DNA of 62,518 nucleotides, filler included, from Nemertoderma westbladi (taxonomy: Eukaryota; Animalia; Xenacoelomorpha): assembly GCA_032718475.1 (NCBI GenBank). It is 3 parts of 3 records of this genome, joined end to end, with 100 filler letters (N's around TTAATTAATTAA, not from the genome) between each part and the next. Parts side by side here need not be neighbours in the genome. Positions count along the whole stretch, not along the records: positions 1 to 31,207 come from JAUCBJ010003238.1; 2 more parts are not named here. One strand, given 5' to 3'. The notes under the pieces are model-generated. The model was not told where the DNA came from. It made no database searches and was given only the letters and a program-made list of their open reading frames with translations. Below are positions 7,990 to 22,013 of this stretch, piece after piece (positions within the stretch are counted from its first letter, which is position 1; each line of letters opens with the position of its first letter). The position numbers were made by a program, and so were the translations under genes.

Positions 7990-10900
7990 ACTACATAATA
8001 AAAGGGAGTTACCGGTAAACTAAACAATAAACTACATAATAAAAGGGAGTTACCGGTAAACTAAACAATGAACTACATAATAAAAGGGAGTTACCGGTAA
8101 ACTAAACAACGAACTACATAATAAAAGGGAGTTACCGGTAAACTAAACAATGAACTTAACATAATAAAAGGGAGTTACCGGTAAACTAAACAATGAACTA
8201 CATAATAAAAGGGAGTTACCGGTAAACTAAACAATGAACTACATAATAAAAGGGAGTTACCGGTAAACTAAACAATGAACTACATAATAAAAGGGAGTTA
8301 CCGGTAAACTAAACAATGAACTACATAATAAAAGGGAGTTACCGGTAAACTAAACAATGAACTACATAATAAAAGGGAGTTACCGGTAAACTAAACAATG
8401 AACTACATAATAAAAGGGAGTTACCGGTAAACTAAACAACGAACTACATAATAAAAGGGAGTTACCGGTAAACTAAACAATGAACTACATAATAAAAGGG
8501 AGTTACCGGTAAACTAAACAATGAACTACATAATAAAAGGGAGTTACCGGTAAACTAAACAATGAACTACATAATAAAAGGGAGTTACCGGTAAACTAAA
8601 CAATGAACTACATAATAAAAGGGAGTTACCGGTAAACTAAACAATGAACTTAACATAATAAAAGGGAGTTACCGGTAAACTAAACAATGAATTACATAAT
8701 AGAAGGGAGTTACCGGTAAACTAAACAATGAATTACATAATAGAAGGGAGTTACCGGTAAACTAAACAATGAACTACATAATAAAAGGGAGTTACCGGTA
8801 AACTAAACAATGAACTACATAATAAAAGGGAGTTACCGGTAAAATAAACAATGAACTACATACTAAAAGGGAGTTACCGGTAAACTAAACAATGAACTAC
8901 ATAATAAAAGGGAGTTACCGGTAAACTAAACAATGAACTACATAATAAAAGGGAGTTACCGGTAAACTAAACAGTGAACTACATAATAAAAGGGAGTTAC
9001 CGGTAAACTAAACAATGAACTACATAATAAAAGGGAGTTACCGGTAAACTAAACAATGAACTACATAATAAAAGGGAGTTACCGGTAAACTAAACAATGA
9101 ACTACATAATAAAAGGGAGTTACCGGTAAACTAAACAATGAACTACATAATAAAAGGGAGTTACCGGTAAACTAAACAATGAACTACATAATAAAAGGGA
9201 GTTACCGGTAAACTAAACAATGAATTACATAATAGAAGGGAGTTACCGGTAAACTAAACAATGAACTACATAATAAAAGGGAGTTACCGGTAAACTAAAC
9301 AATGAACTACATAATAAAAGGGAGTTACCGGTAAACTAAACAATGAACTACATAATAAAAGGGAGTTACCGGTAAACTAAACAATGAACTACATAATAAA
9401 AGGGAGTTACCGGTAAACTAAACAATGAATTACATAATAGAAGGGAGTTACCGGTAAACTAAACAATGAACTACATAATAAAAGGGAGTTACCGGTAAAC
9501 TAAACAATGAACTACATAATAAAAGGGAGTTACCGGTAAAATAAACAATGAATTACATAATAAAAGGGAGTTACCGGTAAACTAAACAATGAACTACATA
9601 ATAAAAGGGAGTTACCGGTAAACTAAACAATGAACTACATAATAAAAGGGAGTTACCGGTAAACTAAACAATGAACTACATAATAAAAGGGAGTTACCGG
9701 TAAACTAAACAATGAACTACATAATAAAAGGGAGTTACCGGTAAACTAAACAATGAACTACATAATAAAAGGGAGTTACCGGTAAACTAAACAATGAACT
9801 ACATAATAAAAGGGAGTTACCGGTAAACTAAACAATGAACTACATAATAAAAGGGAGTTACCGGTAAACTAAACAATGAACTACATAATAAAAGGGAGTT
9901 ACCGGTAAACTAAACAATGAACTACATAATAAAAGGGAGTTACCGGTAAACTAAACAATGAACTACATAATAAAAGGGAGTTACCGGTAAACTAAACAAT
10001 GAACTACATAATAAAAGGGAGTTACCGGTAAACTAAACAATGAACTTAACATAATAAAAGGGAGTTACCGGTAAACTAAACAATGAATTACATAATAAAA
10101 GGGAGTTACCGGTAAACTAAACAATGAACTACATAATAAAAGGGAGTTACCGGTAAACTAAACAATGAACTACATATTAAAAGGGAGTTACCGGTAAACT
10201 AAACAATGAACTACATAATAAAAGGGAGTTACCGGTAAACTAAACAATGAACTACATAATAAAAGGGAGTTACCGGTAAACTAAACAATGAACTACATAA
10301 TAAAAGGGAGTTACCGGTAAACTAAACAATGAATTACATAATAGAAGGGAGTTACCGGTAAACTAAACAATGAACTACATAATAAAAGGGAGTTACCGGT
10401 AAACTAAACAATGAACTACATAATAAAAGGGAGTTACCGGTAAACTAAACAATGAACTACATAATAAAAGGGAGTTACCGGTAAACTAAACAATGAACTA
10501 CATAATAAAAGGGAGTTACCGGTAAACTAAACAATGAATTACATAATAGAAGGGAGTTACCGGTAAACTAAACAATGAACTACATAATAAAAGGGAGTTA
10601 CCGGTAAACTAAACAATGAACTACATAATAAAAGGGAGTTACCGGTAAAATAAACAATGAACTACATAATAAAAGGGAGTTACCGGTAAACTAAACAATG
10701 AACTACATAATAAAAGGGAGTTACCGGTAAACTAAACAATGAACTACATAATAAAAGGGAGTTACCGGTAAACTAAACAGTGAACTACATAATAAAAGGG
10801 AGTTACCGGTAAACTAAACAATGAACTACATAATAAAAGGGAGTTACCGGTAAACTAAACAATGAACTACATAATAAAAGGGAGTTACCGGTAAACTAAA

Positions 10901-11533
10901 CAATGAACTACATAATAAAAGGGAGTTACCGGTAAACTAAACAATGAACTACATAATAAAATGGATTTACCGGTAAACTAAACAATGAACTACATAATAA
11001 AAGGGAGTTACCGGTAAACTAAACAATGAACTACATAATAAAAGGGAGTTACCGGTAAACTAAACAATGAACTACATAATAAAAGGGAGTTACCGGTAAA
11101 CTAAACAATGAACTTAACATAATAAAAGGGAGTTACCGGTAAACTAAACAATGAATTACATAATAAAAGGGAGTTACCGGTAAACTAAACAATGAACTAC
11201 ATAATAAAAGGGAGTTACCGGTAAACTAAACAATGAACTACATAATAAAAGGGAGTTACCGGTAAACTAAACAATGAACTACATAATAAAAGGGAGTTAC
11301 CGGTAAACTAAACAACGAACTACATAATAAAAGGGAGTTACCGGTAAACTAAACAATGAACTACATAATAAAAGGGAGTTACCGGTAAACTAAACAATGA
11401 ACTACATAATAAAAGGGAGTTACCGGTAAACTAAACAACGAACTACATAATAAAAGGGAGTTACCGGTAAACTAAACAATGAACTACATAATAAAAGGGA
11501 GTTACCGGTAAACTAAACAATGAACTACATAAT
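7990..11533. repeat. 41-bp satellite, ~86 copies
   Basis: Unit AACTACATAATAAAAGGGAGTTACCGGTAAACTAAACAATG, highly homogeneous. Confidence 0.98.
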
Positions 11534-11740
11534 TAGAAATCCAATAGTTGTAATAACAATATAACGACGACCTTTACACTAGCAATCTATTATATAATAT
11601 AACAAACTGAAGATCAATTACAAATAAAAATCTGCTAGTATTGTGAGCTTTCAATGAGGTAGCACTACCTATATATATCAAATAAGGCGCCTTTTCTATT
11701 ATCTAATTCAAATTATAATTAAATATATATAATTAAATGA

Positions 11741-12240
11741 ATTTAGGCTCGTTAAGCCAAGGAATGGTGGTGAACAGGCACCACCATGGGTGATCTTCCA
11801 CAGTAAACCCTTCCACTCTGTTTCCTAAAGGAATGCCTGTTCGCCACCATGGGTGATCTTCCACAGTAAACCCTTCCAATCTGTTTCCTAAAGGAATGCC
11901 TGTTCACAACCATGGGTGATCTTCCACAGCAAACCCTTCCACTCTGTTTCCTAAAGGAATGCCTGTTCACCACCATGGGTGATATTCCACAGTAAAACCT
12001 TTCAATCTTTTTCCTAAAGGAATGCCTGTTCGCCACCATGGGTGATCTTCAACAGTAAGACCTTCCACTTTGTTTCCCAAGTTGCCTTGGTTCCCATTTA
12101 TCGACCACTGAAGGATGAAATCCGAGGTTGGGCTAGGCTGCAGCATTTAAATCAATGTGGCCAAATAGTGCTGCCCCATCTAGGGATCGAACCAGGGCTC
12201 CCTAATTGGAAGCCCAGTAATGTCACCACTATAATTTGTG
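11741..12240 (-). mobile_element. tRNA-derived SINE with internal 63-bp tandem expansion
   Basis: Reverse B-box GGGATCGAACC at ~12183 and A-box-like CACCACTATA at ~12224; five 63-bp units at 11782-12080; the 3' end TTTAGGCTCGTTAAGC recurs inverted at ~56960. Confidence 0.6.
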
Positions 12241-12899
12241 AAATCACAACCCAACTAAATAATATGCCGATACCGTACTGTATATCTCCGCAGGATGTTA
12301 TTATAAGATAGATAATAATAATGTAGTATTCAAATATTTACAATTACAGGGAACTCATTCGGAAGTGGTTCCGCAAGTCACGATGAAAGTTTCAGGGTTT
12401 TCACACTACAGTTGTACCGGTCCCGTAATAAAAACTGTCTGATGAGGTTCATAGAGTTCACCCACGCGAAGTCTCTACAACACGTTTTATTATAATACAG
12501 TATAACCAAGAACTATTGAAGCTTCAGATTATAACAAACGTCACCAAACACTGCGTCGCAGTGACTTCGACTTGAGGTTTTGGCAAGAGATTTGAGAAAC
12601 TGTTTATAGAAACTTCTAAAAGTGTTATCCTCACGTTAGTACGTGAAATGTTCAATACGTTATTTCCCATACATGTGTGAATGTAAGTGGGTAAATTACA
12701 CTAATCGCCACTTAAAACTAAAAAACCCTTAGCTGACTGTAACTGAAACTACCCAAGGAGACGTTCGCACATAAAGATTCAACATTGATTAAACTTTCAA
12801 ATTTCAAAATGTACTAGTCCTCCTAGATTGTTTCTTATTTGAAAGTTGAAAGCCGCATTGACTTCCAATCAGAAATAACAACTATAATAAACTGGCGAA

Positions 12900-13800
12900 A
12901 AATTTCTGGAAAATTCCTTTTCAGAAAGGAAGAAGCTGGCTGTTTCATTCAATTACGGGCAATTTCTTGCTTAATTTAGCAAAACGAAACAAAAAATAGC
13001 TTTTTATAATCCTTACTGACTTCATGCAGGCGTCAACTTTTCATGAAATTATTGGCTATTGGTTGTGGTACAATTTTACTTTCAGCGATTATAGCAATGT
13101 ACAGTACATGTCATCTGAGGTAGTTTGAATTGAGATAATATGCGCATAAGAGAAGGTACCCCTTCTAGCCGCAGTTTGTTTGTAATTTATACACATTACC
13201 TTATTTTATTAGATCTCTTCATCCACTTTACACCTGAGGGCTTCATAAACATGATCCACATATTGATCCACGCTGATGATACTATTATATTAGCCCATAA
13301 ACGAGAACATAAAAACTCTCGCACTAGAGTACTACTGCAAGAAAATGTTCCTGACTTTGAATCCTGCCAAATGTTCATTCCTGGCTATAAACATCAAGAA
13401 TGAAGATAATGTTCCTAATAACCTTACGCTGCGGAGAAATACATTATTCATCCTGTCAATAAGTTTATCTTGGATCTACAATCTGTTCATCAGGAAAATT
13501 AGCAGATATGTTTCAACAAGATCTCAAGAAGGCAAATAAATAAGTTTTATGCGTTCCTTCGTTGAAGCTCTTGTTGATATCAAAAATACGATACTGAGAA
13601 AAGGGTAAGATCTCAAATCTAAATATATGTCATACTGTACTTCTTAGAGATAAATACATATCTAATTAGACCAGTGGCTTACGACGGCATGTACTATCAG
13701 GGCGATTTACACGCATTTGATAGGATTAGAACCAGCTCACACCCATTGGCTATTGAATAAGGGTGATACGCCAAATATAAGACGACCGCAATTTTCACAC
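12900..13800 (+). pseudogene. Highly decayed non-LTR retrotransposon RT fragment
   Basis: Frame-broken motifs ILIHADDTIILA and LTLNPAKCSFL (RT catalytic xADD region and following strand). Confidence 0.65.
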
Positions 13801-13828
13801 AGACCTTAGGTTGAAATGTTAGAGTTTG

Positions 13829-16800
13829 CCTGAGTTGTTTGTATTGTTTGTTTCGTCTATTTCCTGAGTTGTTTGTATTGTTTGTTTCGTCTATTTCCTG
13901 AGTTGTTTGTATTGTTTGTTTCGTCTATTTCCTGAGTTGTTTGTATTGTTTGTTTCGTTTATTTCCTGAGTTGTTTGTATTGTTTGTTTCGTCTATTTCC
14001 TGAGTTGTTTGTATTGTTTGTTTCGTCTATTTCCTGAGTTGTTTGTATTGTTTGTTTCGTCTATTTCCTGAGTTGTTTGTATTGTTTGTTTCGCCTATTT
14101 CCTGAGTTGTTTGTATTGTTTGTTTCGTCTATTTCCTGAGTTGTTTATATTGTTTGTTTCGTCTATTTCCTGAATTGTTTGTATTGTTTGTTTCGTTTAT
14201 TTCCTGAGTTGTTTGTATTGTTTGTTTCGTCTATTTCCTGAGTTGTTTGTATTGTTTGTTTCGTCTATTTCCTGAGTTGTTTGTATTGTTTGTTTCGTCT
14301 ATTTCCTGAGTTGTTTGTATTGTTTGTTTCGTCTATTTCCTGAGTTGTTTGTATTGTTTGTTTCGTCTATTTCCTGAATTGTTTGTATTGTTTGTTTCGT
14401 CTATTTCCTGAGTTGTTTGTATTGTTTGTTTCGTCTATTTCCTGAGTTGTTTGTATTGTTTGTTTCGTCTATTTCCTGAGTTGTTTGTATTGTTTGTTTC
14501 GTCTATTTCCTGAGTTGTTTGTATTGTTTGTTTCGTCTATTTCCTGAGTTGTTTATATTGTTTGTTTCGTCTATTTCCTGAATTGTTTGTATTGTTTGTT
14601 TCGTCTATTTCCTGAGTTGTTTATATTGTTTGTTTCGTTTATTGCCTGAGTTGTTTATATTGTTTGTTTCGTTTATTGCCTGAGTTGTTTATATTGTTTG
14701 TTTTGTCTATTTCCTGAGTTGTTTGTATTGTTTGTATTGTTTGTTTCGTCTATATCCTGAGTTGTTTATATTGTTTGTTTCGTCTATTTCCTGAGTTGTT
14801 TGTATTGTTTGTTTCGTCTATTTCCTGAGTTGTTTGTATTGTTTGTTTCGTCTATTTCCTGAGTTGTTTGTATTGTTTGTTTCGTCTATTTCCTGAGTTG
14901 TTTGTATTGTTTGTTTCGTCTATTTCCTGAGTTGTTTGTATTGTTTGTTTCGTCTATTTCCTGAGTTGTTTGTATTGTTTGTTTCGTTTATTTCCTGAGT
15001 TGTTTGTATTGTTTGTTTCGTCTATTTCCTGAGTTGTTTGTATTGTTTGTTTCGTCTATTTCCTGAGTTGTTTGTATTGTTTGTTTCGTCTATTTCCTGA
15101 GTTGTTTGTATTGTTTGTTTCGTCTATTTCCTGAGTTGTTTGTATTGTTTGTTTCGTCTATTTCCTGAGTTGTTTGTATTGTTTGTTTCGTCTATTTCCT
15201 GAGTTGTTTGTATTGTTTGTTTCGTCTATTTCCTGAGTTGTTTGTATTGTTTGTTTCGTCTATTTCCTGACTTGTTTGTATTGTTTGTTTCGTCTATTTC
15301 CTGAGTTGTTTGTATTGTTTGTTTCGTCTATTTCCTGAGTTGTTTGTATTGTTTGTTTCGTCTATTTCCTGAGTTGTTTGTATTGTTTGTTTCGTCTATT
15401 TCCTGAATTGTTTGTATTGTTTGTTTCGTCTATTTCCTGAGTTGTTTGTATTGTTTGTTTCGTCTATTTCCTGAGTTGTTTGTATTGTTTGTTTCGTCTA
15501 TTTCCTGAGTTGTTTGTATTGTTTGTTTCGTCTATTTCCTGAATTGTTTGTATTGTTTGTTTCGTCTATTTCCTGAGTTGTTTGTATTGTTTGTTTCGTC
15601 TATTTCCTGAGTTGTTTGTATTGTTTGTTTCGTCTATTTCCTGAGTTGTTTGTATTGTTTGTTTCGTCTATTTCCTGAGTTGTTTGTATTGTTTGTTTCG
15701 TCTATTTCCTGAGTTGTTTGTATTGTTTGTTTCGTCTATTTCCTGAGTTGTTTGTATTGTTTGTTTCGTCTATTTCCTGAGTTGTTTGTATTGTTTGTTT
15801 CGTCTATTTGCTGAGTTGTTTGTATTGTTTGTTTCGTCTATTTCCTGAGTTGTTTGTATTGTTTGTTTCGTCTATTTCCTGAGTTGTTTGTATTGTTTGT
15901 TTCGTCTATTTCCTGAGTTGTTTGTATTGTTTGTTTCGTCTATTTCCTGAGTTGTTTGTATTGTTTGTTTCGTCTATTTCCTGAGTTGTTTGTATTGTTT
16001 GTTTCGTCTATTTCCTGAGTTGTTTATATTGTTTGTTTCGTCTATTTCCTGAGTTGTTTGTATTGTTTGTTTCGTCTATTTCCTGAGTTGTTTGTATTGT
16101 TTGTTTCGTCTATTTCCTGAGTTGTTTGTATTGTTTGTTTCGTCTATTTCCTGAGTTGTTTGTATTGTTTGTTTCGTCTATTTCCTGAGTTGTTTGTATT
16201 GTTTGTTTCGTCTATTTCCTGAGTTGTTTGTATTGTTTGTTTCGTCTATTTCCTGAGTTGTTTGTATTGTTTGTTTTGTCTATTTCCTGAGTTGTTTATA
16301 TTGTTTGTTTCGTCTATTTCCTGAGTTGTTTGTATTGTTTGTTTCGTCTATTTCCTGAGTTGTTTGTATTGTTTGTTTCGTCTATTTCCTGAGTTGTTTG
16401 TATTGTTTGTTTCGTCTATTTCCTGAGTTGTTTGTATTGTTTGTTTCGTCTATTTCCTGAGTTGTTTGTATTGTTTGTTTCGTCTATTTCCTGAGTTGTT
16501 TGTATTGTTTGTTTCGTCTATTTCCTGAGTTGTTTGTATTGTTTGTTTCGTCTATTTCCTGAGTTGTTTGTATTGTTTGTTTCGTCTATTTCCTGAGTTG
16601 TTTATATTGTTTGTTTCGTCTATTTCCTGAGTTGTTTGTATTGTTTGTTTCGTCTATTTCCTGAGTTGTTTGTATTGTTTGTTTCGTCTATTTCCTGAGT
16701 TGTTTGTATTGTTTGTTTCGTCTATTTCCTGAGTTGTTTGTATTGTTTGTTTCGTCTATTTCCTGAGTTGTTTATATTGTTTGTTTCGTTTATTTCCTGA

Positions 16801-17592
16801 GTTGTTTGTATTGTTTGTTTCGTCTATTTCCTGACTTGTTTGTATTGTTTGTTTCGTCTATTTCCTGAGTTGTTTGTATTGTTTGTTTCGTCTATTTCCT
16901 GAGTTGTTTGTATTGTTTGTTTCGTCTATTTCCTGAGTTGTTTGTATTGTTTGTTTCGTCTATTTCCTGAGTTGTTTGTATTGTTTGTTTCGTCTATTTC
17001 CTGAGTTGTTTGTATTGTTTGTTTCGTCTATTTCCTGAGTTGTTTGTATTGTTTGTTTCGTCTATTTCCTGAGTTGTTTGTATTGTTTGTTTCGTCTATT
17101 TCCTGAGTTGTTTGTATTGTTTGTTTCGTCTATTTCCTGACTTGTTTGTATTGTTTGTTTCGTCTATTTCCTGAATTGTTTGTATTGTTTGTTTCGTCTA
17201 TTTCCTGAGTTGTTTGTATTGTTTGTTTCGTCTATTTCCTGAGTTGTTTGTATTGTTTGTTTCGTCTATTTCCTGAGTTGTTTGTATTGTTTGTTTCGTC
17301 TATTTCCTGAATTGTTTGTATTGTTTGTTTCGTCTATTTCCTGAGTTGTTTGTATTGTTTGTTTCGTCTATTTCCTGAGTTGTTTGTATTGTTTGTTTTG
17401 TCTTTTTCCTGAGTTGTTTATATTGTTTGTTTCGTTTATTGCCTGAGTTGTTTGTATTGTTTGTTTCGTCTATTTGCTGAGTTGTTTATATTGTTTGTTT
17501 CGTTTATTGCCTGAGTTGTTTATATTGTTTGTTTCGTCTATTTCCTGAGTTGTTTATATTGTTTGTTTCGTCTATTGCCTGAGTTGTTAGTA
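13829..17592. repeat. 34-bp satellite, ~110 copies
   Basis: Unit CCTGAGTTGTTTGTATTGTTTGTTTCGTCTATTT. Confidence 0.98.
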
Positions 17593-17963
17593 TTGTATTT
17601 TTTGTAAAGTTAAACTATTAATGTCAGCCGTGTTTAATATTGCATTAATGTATATTATTTACCACCTAGACTTGTTATTTGTTTGTCTAGTCATCAATGT
17701 ATAATTTGTTCCCTGAGATGTCTGTTTATTTAGCCCATTAATGTTTATCTCATTAAATACCCATTAGTGGTCTGTTTATATGTTTATTACATGTTAGCAT
17801 TGTTTGATTGTTCAATGTCAGTATTATAGTTTTTAGTCCACGTGATTGGCTAATACATGTCTTTGCCATTTTCCCGTTCTCCTGAGCCACTTATTTGTTC
17901 GCATTATTACCATTACTACCTACACATAATGTTCTCTAATTTCTTATTCGTAACTGTTACTTT

Positions 17964-18013
17964 TTTTAGGATTAATGTGACGTTATCTATATAACGTCAC
18001 ATTAATCCTAAAA
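17964..18013. repeat. Near-perfect palindrome/hairpin
   Basis: TTTTAGGATTAATGTGACGTTAT-CTAT-ATAACGTCACATTAATCCTAAAA. Confidence 0.85.
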
Positions 18014-18218
18014 TAAGTATAACTGTACTTAGTTATTACATGTTATGTGCAAGTAATGCGGCAGTACTCTCACTTTGCTACACGCTTTAGACTGTCCTAC
18101 TGTAGTATAAAACACCATGGTCTGAGTTTTCACGACATCTTCGACTGATTGATCCATCATAATTTTAACCTCCGTGCAATTTTAAACTAGTCCCAAAGAA
18201 ATGTATCTTAATTTATTA

Positions 18219-18220
<2 letters not shown>

Positions 18221-18258
<38 letters not shown>

Positions 18259-18978
18259 GCGCCCCCACGCGGGGCAAATGGAGACCTTTATTTCGATTCA
18301 TTCAAATATTTACATAAGATACTCAATAAAATAAAACAATTTATATTATACATTCATATAAAAATCTGTTAACATTTTGCGTAACCTTAGGCCTTTATCT
18401 TTATTGTAGACTATTATTGTGCCGCTAGAGATGAAAGTTCAGGTGAGCTCGAGCATTCTAGAACATGGTAAAGGTCCTCGGCGCTGTTACCGCAATATTT
18501 GCACGTGCAAGTTTGCATTCTTTCAGGAAACGGGGTTGTTGTGGAGCAAATTATATGGTGGAAACCATGCGCGGTTGTTCTTGTTATTATGTGGCGATTC
18601 CTTTGATTAGTGGATCTCCAGACGTTAGACTTGAAGGCTGGCCCCAATATATACCCTTGACCTGAGAAGTTATTATCCCTTTCCGTTCGAAAATTGCGGT
18701 AGAGTTCTAATGCAGCTGGGTTGATAATATTGGGATACTGCTCACATATATCTTCGGTGAGGGTTTTGCAGTTGGTAAGGTTGTGAGCCAGGGTAGACGA
18801 TGCGTTTGTCGGAAGTGATAATAGGCGTTTTAGAAAGGTAGATTTAATTTTATCCAGTTCTTTAAGATTTGAGACTGTCAAATGTGGAGCTATTTCCGGG
18901 AAAGCGTAAGTTACGGCGGGGTATATTTTCATTTTGAAGATTTTTACACCAGTTTTGATAGGTAAAATCAAAACAATC
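18221..18978 (-). mobile_element. 5'-truncated non-LTR retrotransposon insertion with 15-bp TSD
   Basis: Open frame 18414-18971 encodes an RT thumb-like region (KIYPAVTY...LDKIKSTFLKRLLSLP) and a C-terminal CKYC...H...C knuckle. TCTTAATTTATTACT is duplicated at 18206-18220 and 18979-18993. Confidence 0.8.
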
Positions 18979-19473
18979 TCTTAATTTATTACTAATAATA
19001 CATTTTATTCCAAAATTGTAACATTACTCAACTCCGTTAGTATTAACAGCGAGTTGTTATTTAACACTTTACAACTTTTGAGGACATTACAGCATTGTAT
19101 TGGCCTGCACATTTAGTATTGTATTTGGTGTTAGTAGTTAAGTAATGTCCCGTTAGCGGACATTACTTAACGCCGTCATTGGTTACCACTTAAACAATAG
19201 GTGGTATTTGCCTGACAGCCAGATAGGCCTACTGCATTACCGGCATTACCGGTCGGCGGGGTTTAGCTATTAATAACCAGTAGCTACTGTATAAACAATT
19301 AACATGGCTCCAAACGCCACCATAATAAATATAAGCTAACTTATTTATAACATAATTTATGTCATTTTTACATTTATTTATACAGCAACTAATTTAATTT
19401 GTGCAGTTTCTATCACTTATAATGTATATGTACAATCATTTCGTAATGTTAAAATTTTGGAATAAAACTACAT

Positions 19474-19606
19474 ACATACTTGTTGCAAAGTACTTTACAG
19501 TGTTCTGATCCTCGTGGCTTTATTTTCACTCACTCACTACATTCGTTCGTGTAACAAAAGCACTCGGATCAGCACACTACAAAGTGCTACTTTACACAAG
19601 TATGTA
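19474..19606. mobile_element. Small hairpin-forming MITE-like element
   Basis: Arms ACATACTTGT...TGATCC and GGATCA...ACAAGTATGT form an imperfect inverted repeat. Confidence 0.5.
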
Positions 19607-21539
19607 AATAGTTATTACATACATTAATTGAATTTATTTATTTTGCATTAGTTCAGTACATTATTGCAAGCCGGCACAGCATTCTTAATATTTATGTAAT
19701 ATATATATATAATGCAGCTGCAATGCAGCATGGCGATCGTAGTAGTAGTAGTAATACTAAAAAACCTATACGATCCAAAATAAATTAACTTCTAACAGGA
19801 ACAGGAGCCATTAACTTAGCGAAAGAATGAAATCTTCTAACTGGCTATACAAACAATAATTACATATTCTCCCAGTCGAATCCCAGTCTACAAAACTAAA
19901 TGTTCCACGATTTATGTTTGACGTTTCTAATAACATTAAGTAAATGGTTCCAAAAATTCGTTGTAACCTGTTGTTGTGGTTATAATAACTTGCCACTGTA
20001 ACCTGCTCCTTTCCCCAAACAGATAGTTTAACATTGAGGCGAGGTAATAATTCGCCAAGGTGGGATTTGCGTCCAGTTTCCCCCCTATCCCTATCTGGGC
20101 GGATAGCCCAGAAATATTAACACTGACAATTAGGAGATGACAATTAGATGTCAGTGAAGCGATGCACTTTGAAGTGCATGCATGCACTCTGCTCTATATA
20201 TATTATCATATCCTACTGTACAAGCATGCTGTACATTATAACGAGCTGCTAAATCCCATGACTTACACCCCCCCCCCCCCTCCCCATCCCCTCTCTATTA
20301 TCTTCTACGGATGAGTCATGGGGCACACAAATCCTCCCTGCTGTGTACAAAAATATCCATAGGCAATACGGCCACAGTAGATCCAACTATTATTGATTAT
20401 TTGGCCACTACGAGAAACTAAACTGTAGATGTAGAAGGTTGCTTCTGTGGAGTAAGGCAACAAACTGTTTGCGCGCAATATAATTCCATTCGCCAATTCA
20501 TTATTTATAAATAATAATAGTTGATACCGCACAGAGTATATTTGATTACTTATTTTAAGCTTTGGTTACAGTTTCTAAGGGTTGCCTTATGCCAAGTATG
20601 GAAGCTTCTGCTACTGAAACACCACAAAGAAAAAAACTTTCCATTGCTAGGCAACCACGCTGCATTCCGTAAATGTCAGGGGCGTTACGCAAGCAATAAT
20701 TTGATATCATTGCCTATTTCAGAGGGTATTATAACTTATCGTGATATATTTACTTGGAATATTTACTGACTTGTTTAATATGTGATTTATTTTGTTTGTA
20801 AAGCGTAATTCCCAAGATGTAACAGTTGGTAAGTTGGTATAATGTGATCTTTTATATTGTAAATTACTTGTTAGGCTTACTGGTTACTGGATAATATACA
20901 GCATTCATTACACGGGTTCTTTCGGCACAGTTGATTTAACTTCAGCAGCAATTGTTGTTTCTCTGAATTCAACGTACTCTTGTCACCAAAATAATAGGAA
21001 AACTACTCAAACAATCATAATTAAACATTTATAACTGCTTATAGATTTCAGAAAATTATTAATGATATTGGCTTAAAAATTACTATTTAAATTATAATTT
21101 ATTTATTTCAAAAATAAATAAATTAAAAATTAATGAACATTAAATTGAATCTTTGTTTAAAACCCCTTCTTTTCTTAATATATGCACTTGCCTGATTATT
21201 AATATATCCCCGAGCGATATTTATTGTCCCTCCTTAATACTATTTGATATATCCATCGTCGCCACGCCCTACTATTGAATATTCGGGTAAATCGAAACAA
21301 AATTTATTTGATTCCGTTCGATTTTAACATAGCCGAGTTCTATCTAACTCCACTCGGACTACTGATGTTTAAAAGAGAACTGTAATTTCGAAAGAGATAA
21401 AACACAAATTTAGAAAGTTAATTTAGTGTATATATATTTGATTTAAATAATATGAAAATTTTTGTTCTTTAATTCATGGTAAACTCAATTGACATAATTA
21501 ATATAATCTTAAATACATAATTTTACTACAAATAATACA

Positions 21540-21848
21540 TAAGATTACATACTCTATATCACTAAGATTACATACTCTATATCACTAAGATTACATACTC
21601 TATATCACTAAGATTACATACTCTATATCACTAAGATTACATACTCTATATCACTAAGATTACATACTCTATATCACTAAGATTACATACTCTATATCAC
21701 TAAGATTACATACTCTATATCACTAAGATTACATACTCTATATCACTAAGATTACATACTCTATATCACTAAGATTACATACTCTATATCACTAAGATTA
21801 CATACTCTATATCACTAAGATTACATACTCTATATCACTAAGATTACA
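21540..21848. repeat. 23-bp tandem repeat, ~13 copies
   Basis: Unit TAAGATTACATACTCTATATCAC, lying just upstream of the splice acceptor at 21917. Confidence 0.97.
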
Positions 21849-22013
21849 GATTAACTATATTTAAGAGTTAGATATTCTTCTGATATAAGTATTGCTGTTA
21901 ATTTATTTTTTTGCAGATTCATGCGCCAACATTCGTCAATAAACTGAGCTGGAGAGCCTGCAAAGTAGATCTGAAGCTCTTTCCTAGAAAGTTATTGGAA
22001 ATTCAAAGAAAAT

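Noticed and set aside
12435-12480. Possible hammerhead ribozyme (CTGATGAG...CGAAG)
   Set aside because: The GAAA core is not intact and I could not form stems I-III; an Infernal search would settle it.
7990-17592. CRISPR-like appearance of the 41-bp and 34-bp arrays
   Set aside because: Head-to-tail repeats with no unique spacers, no cas genes and a eukaryotic context.
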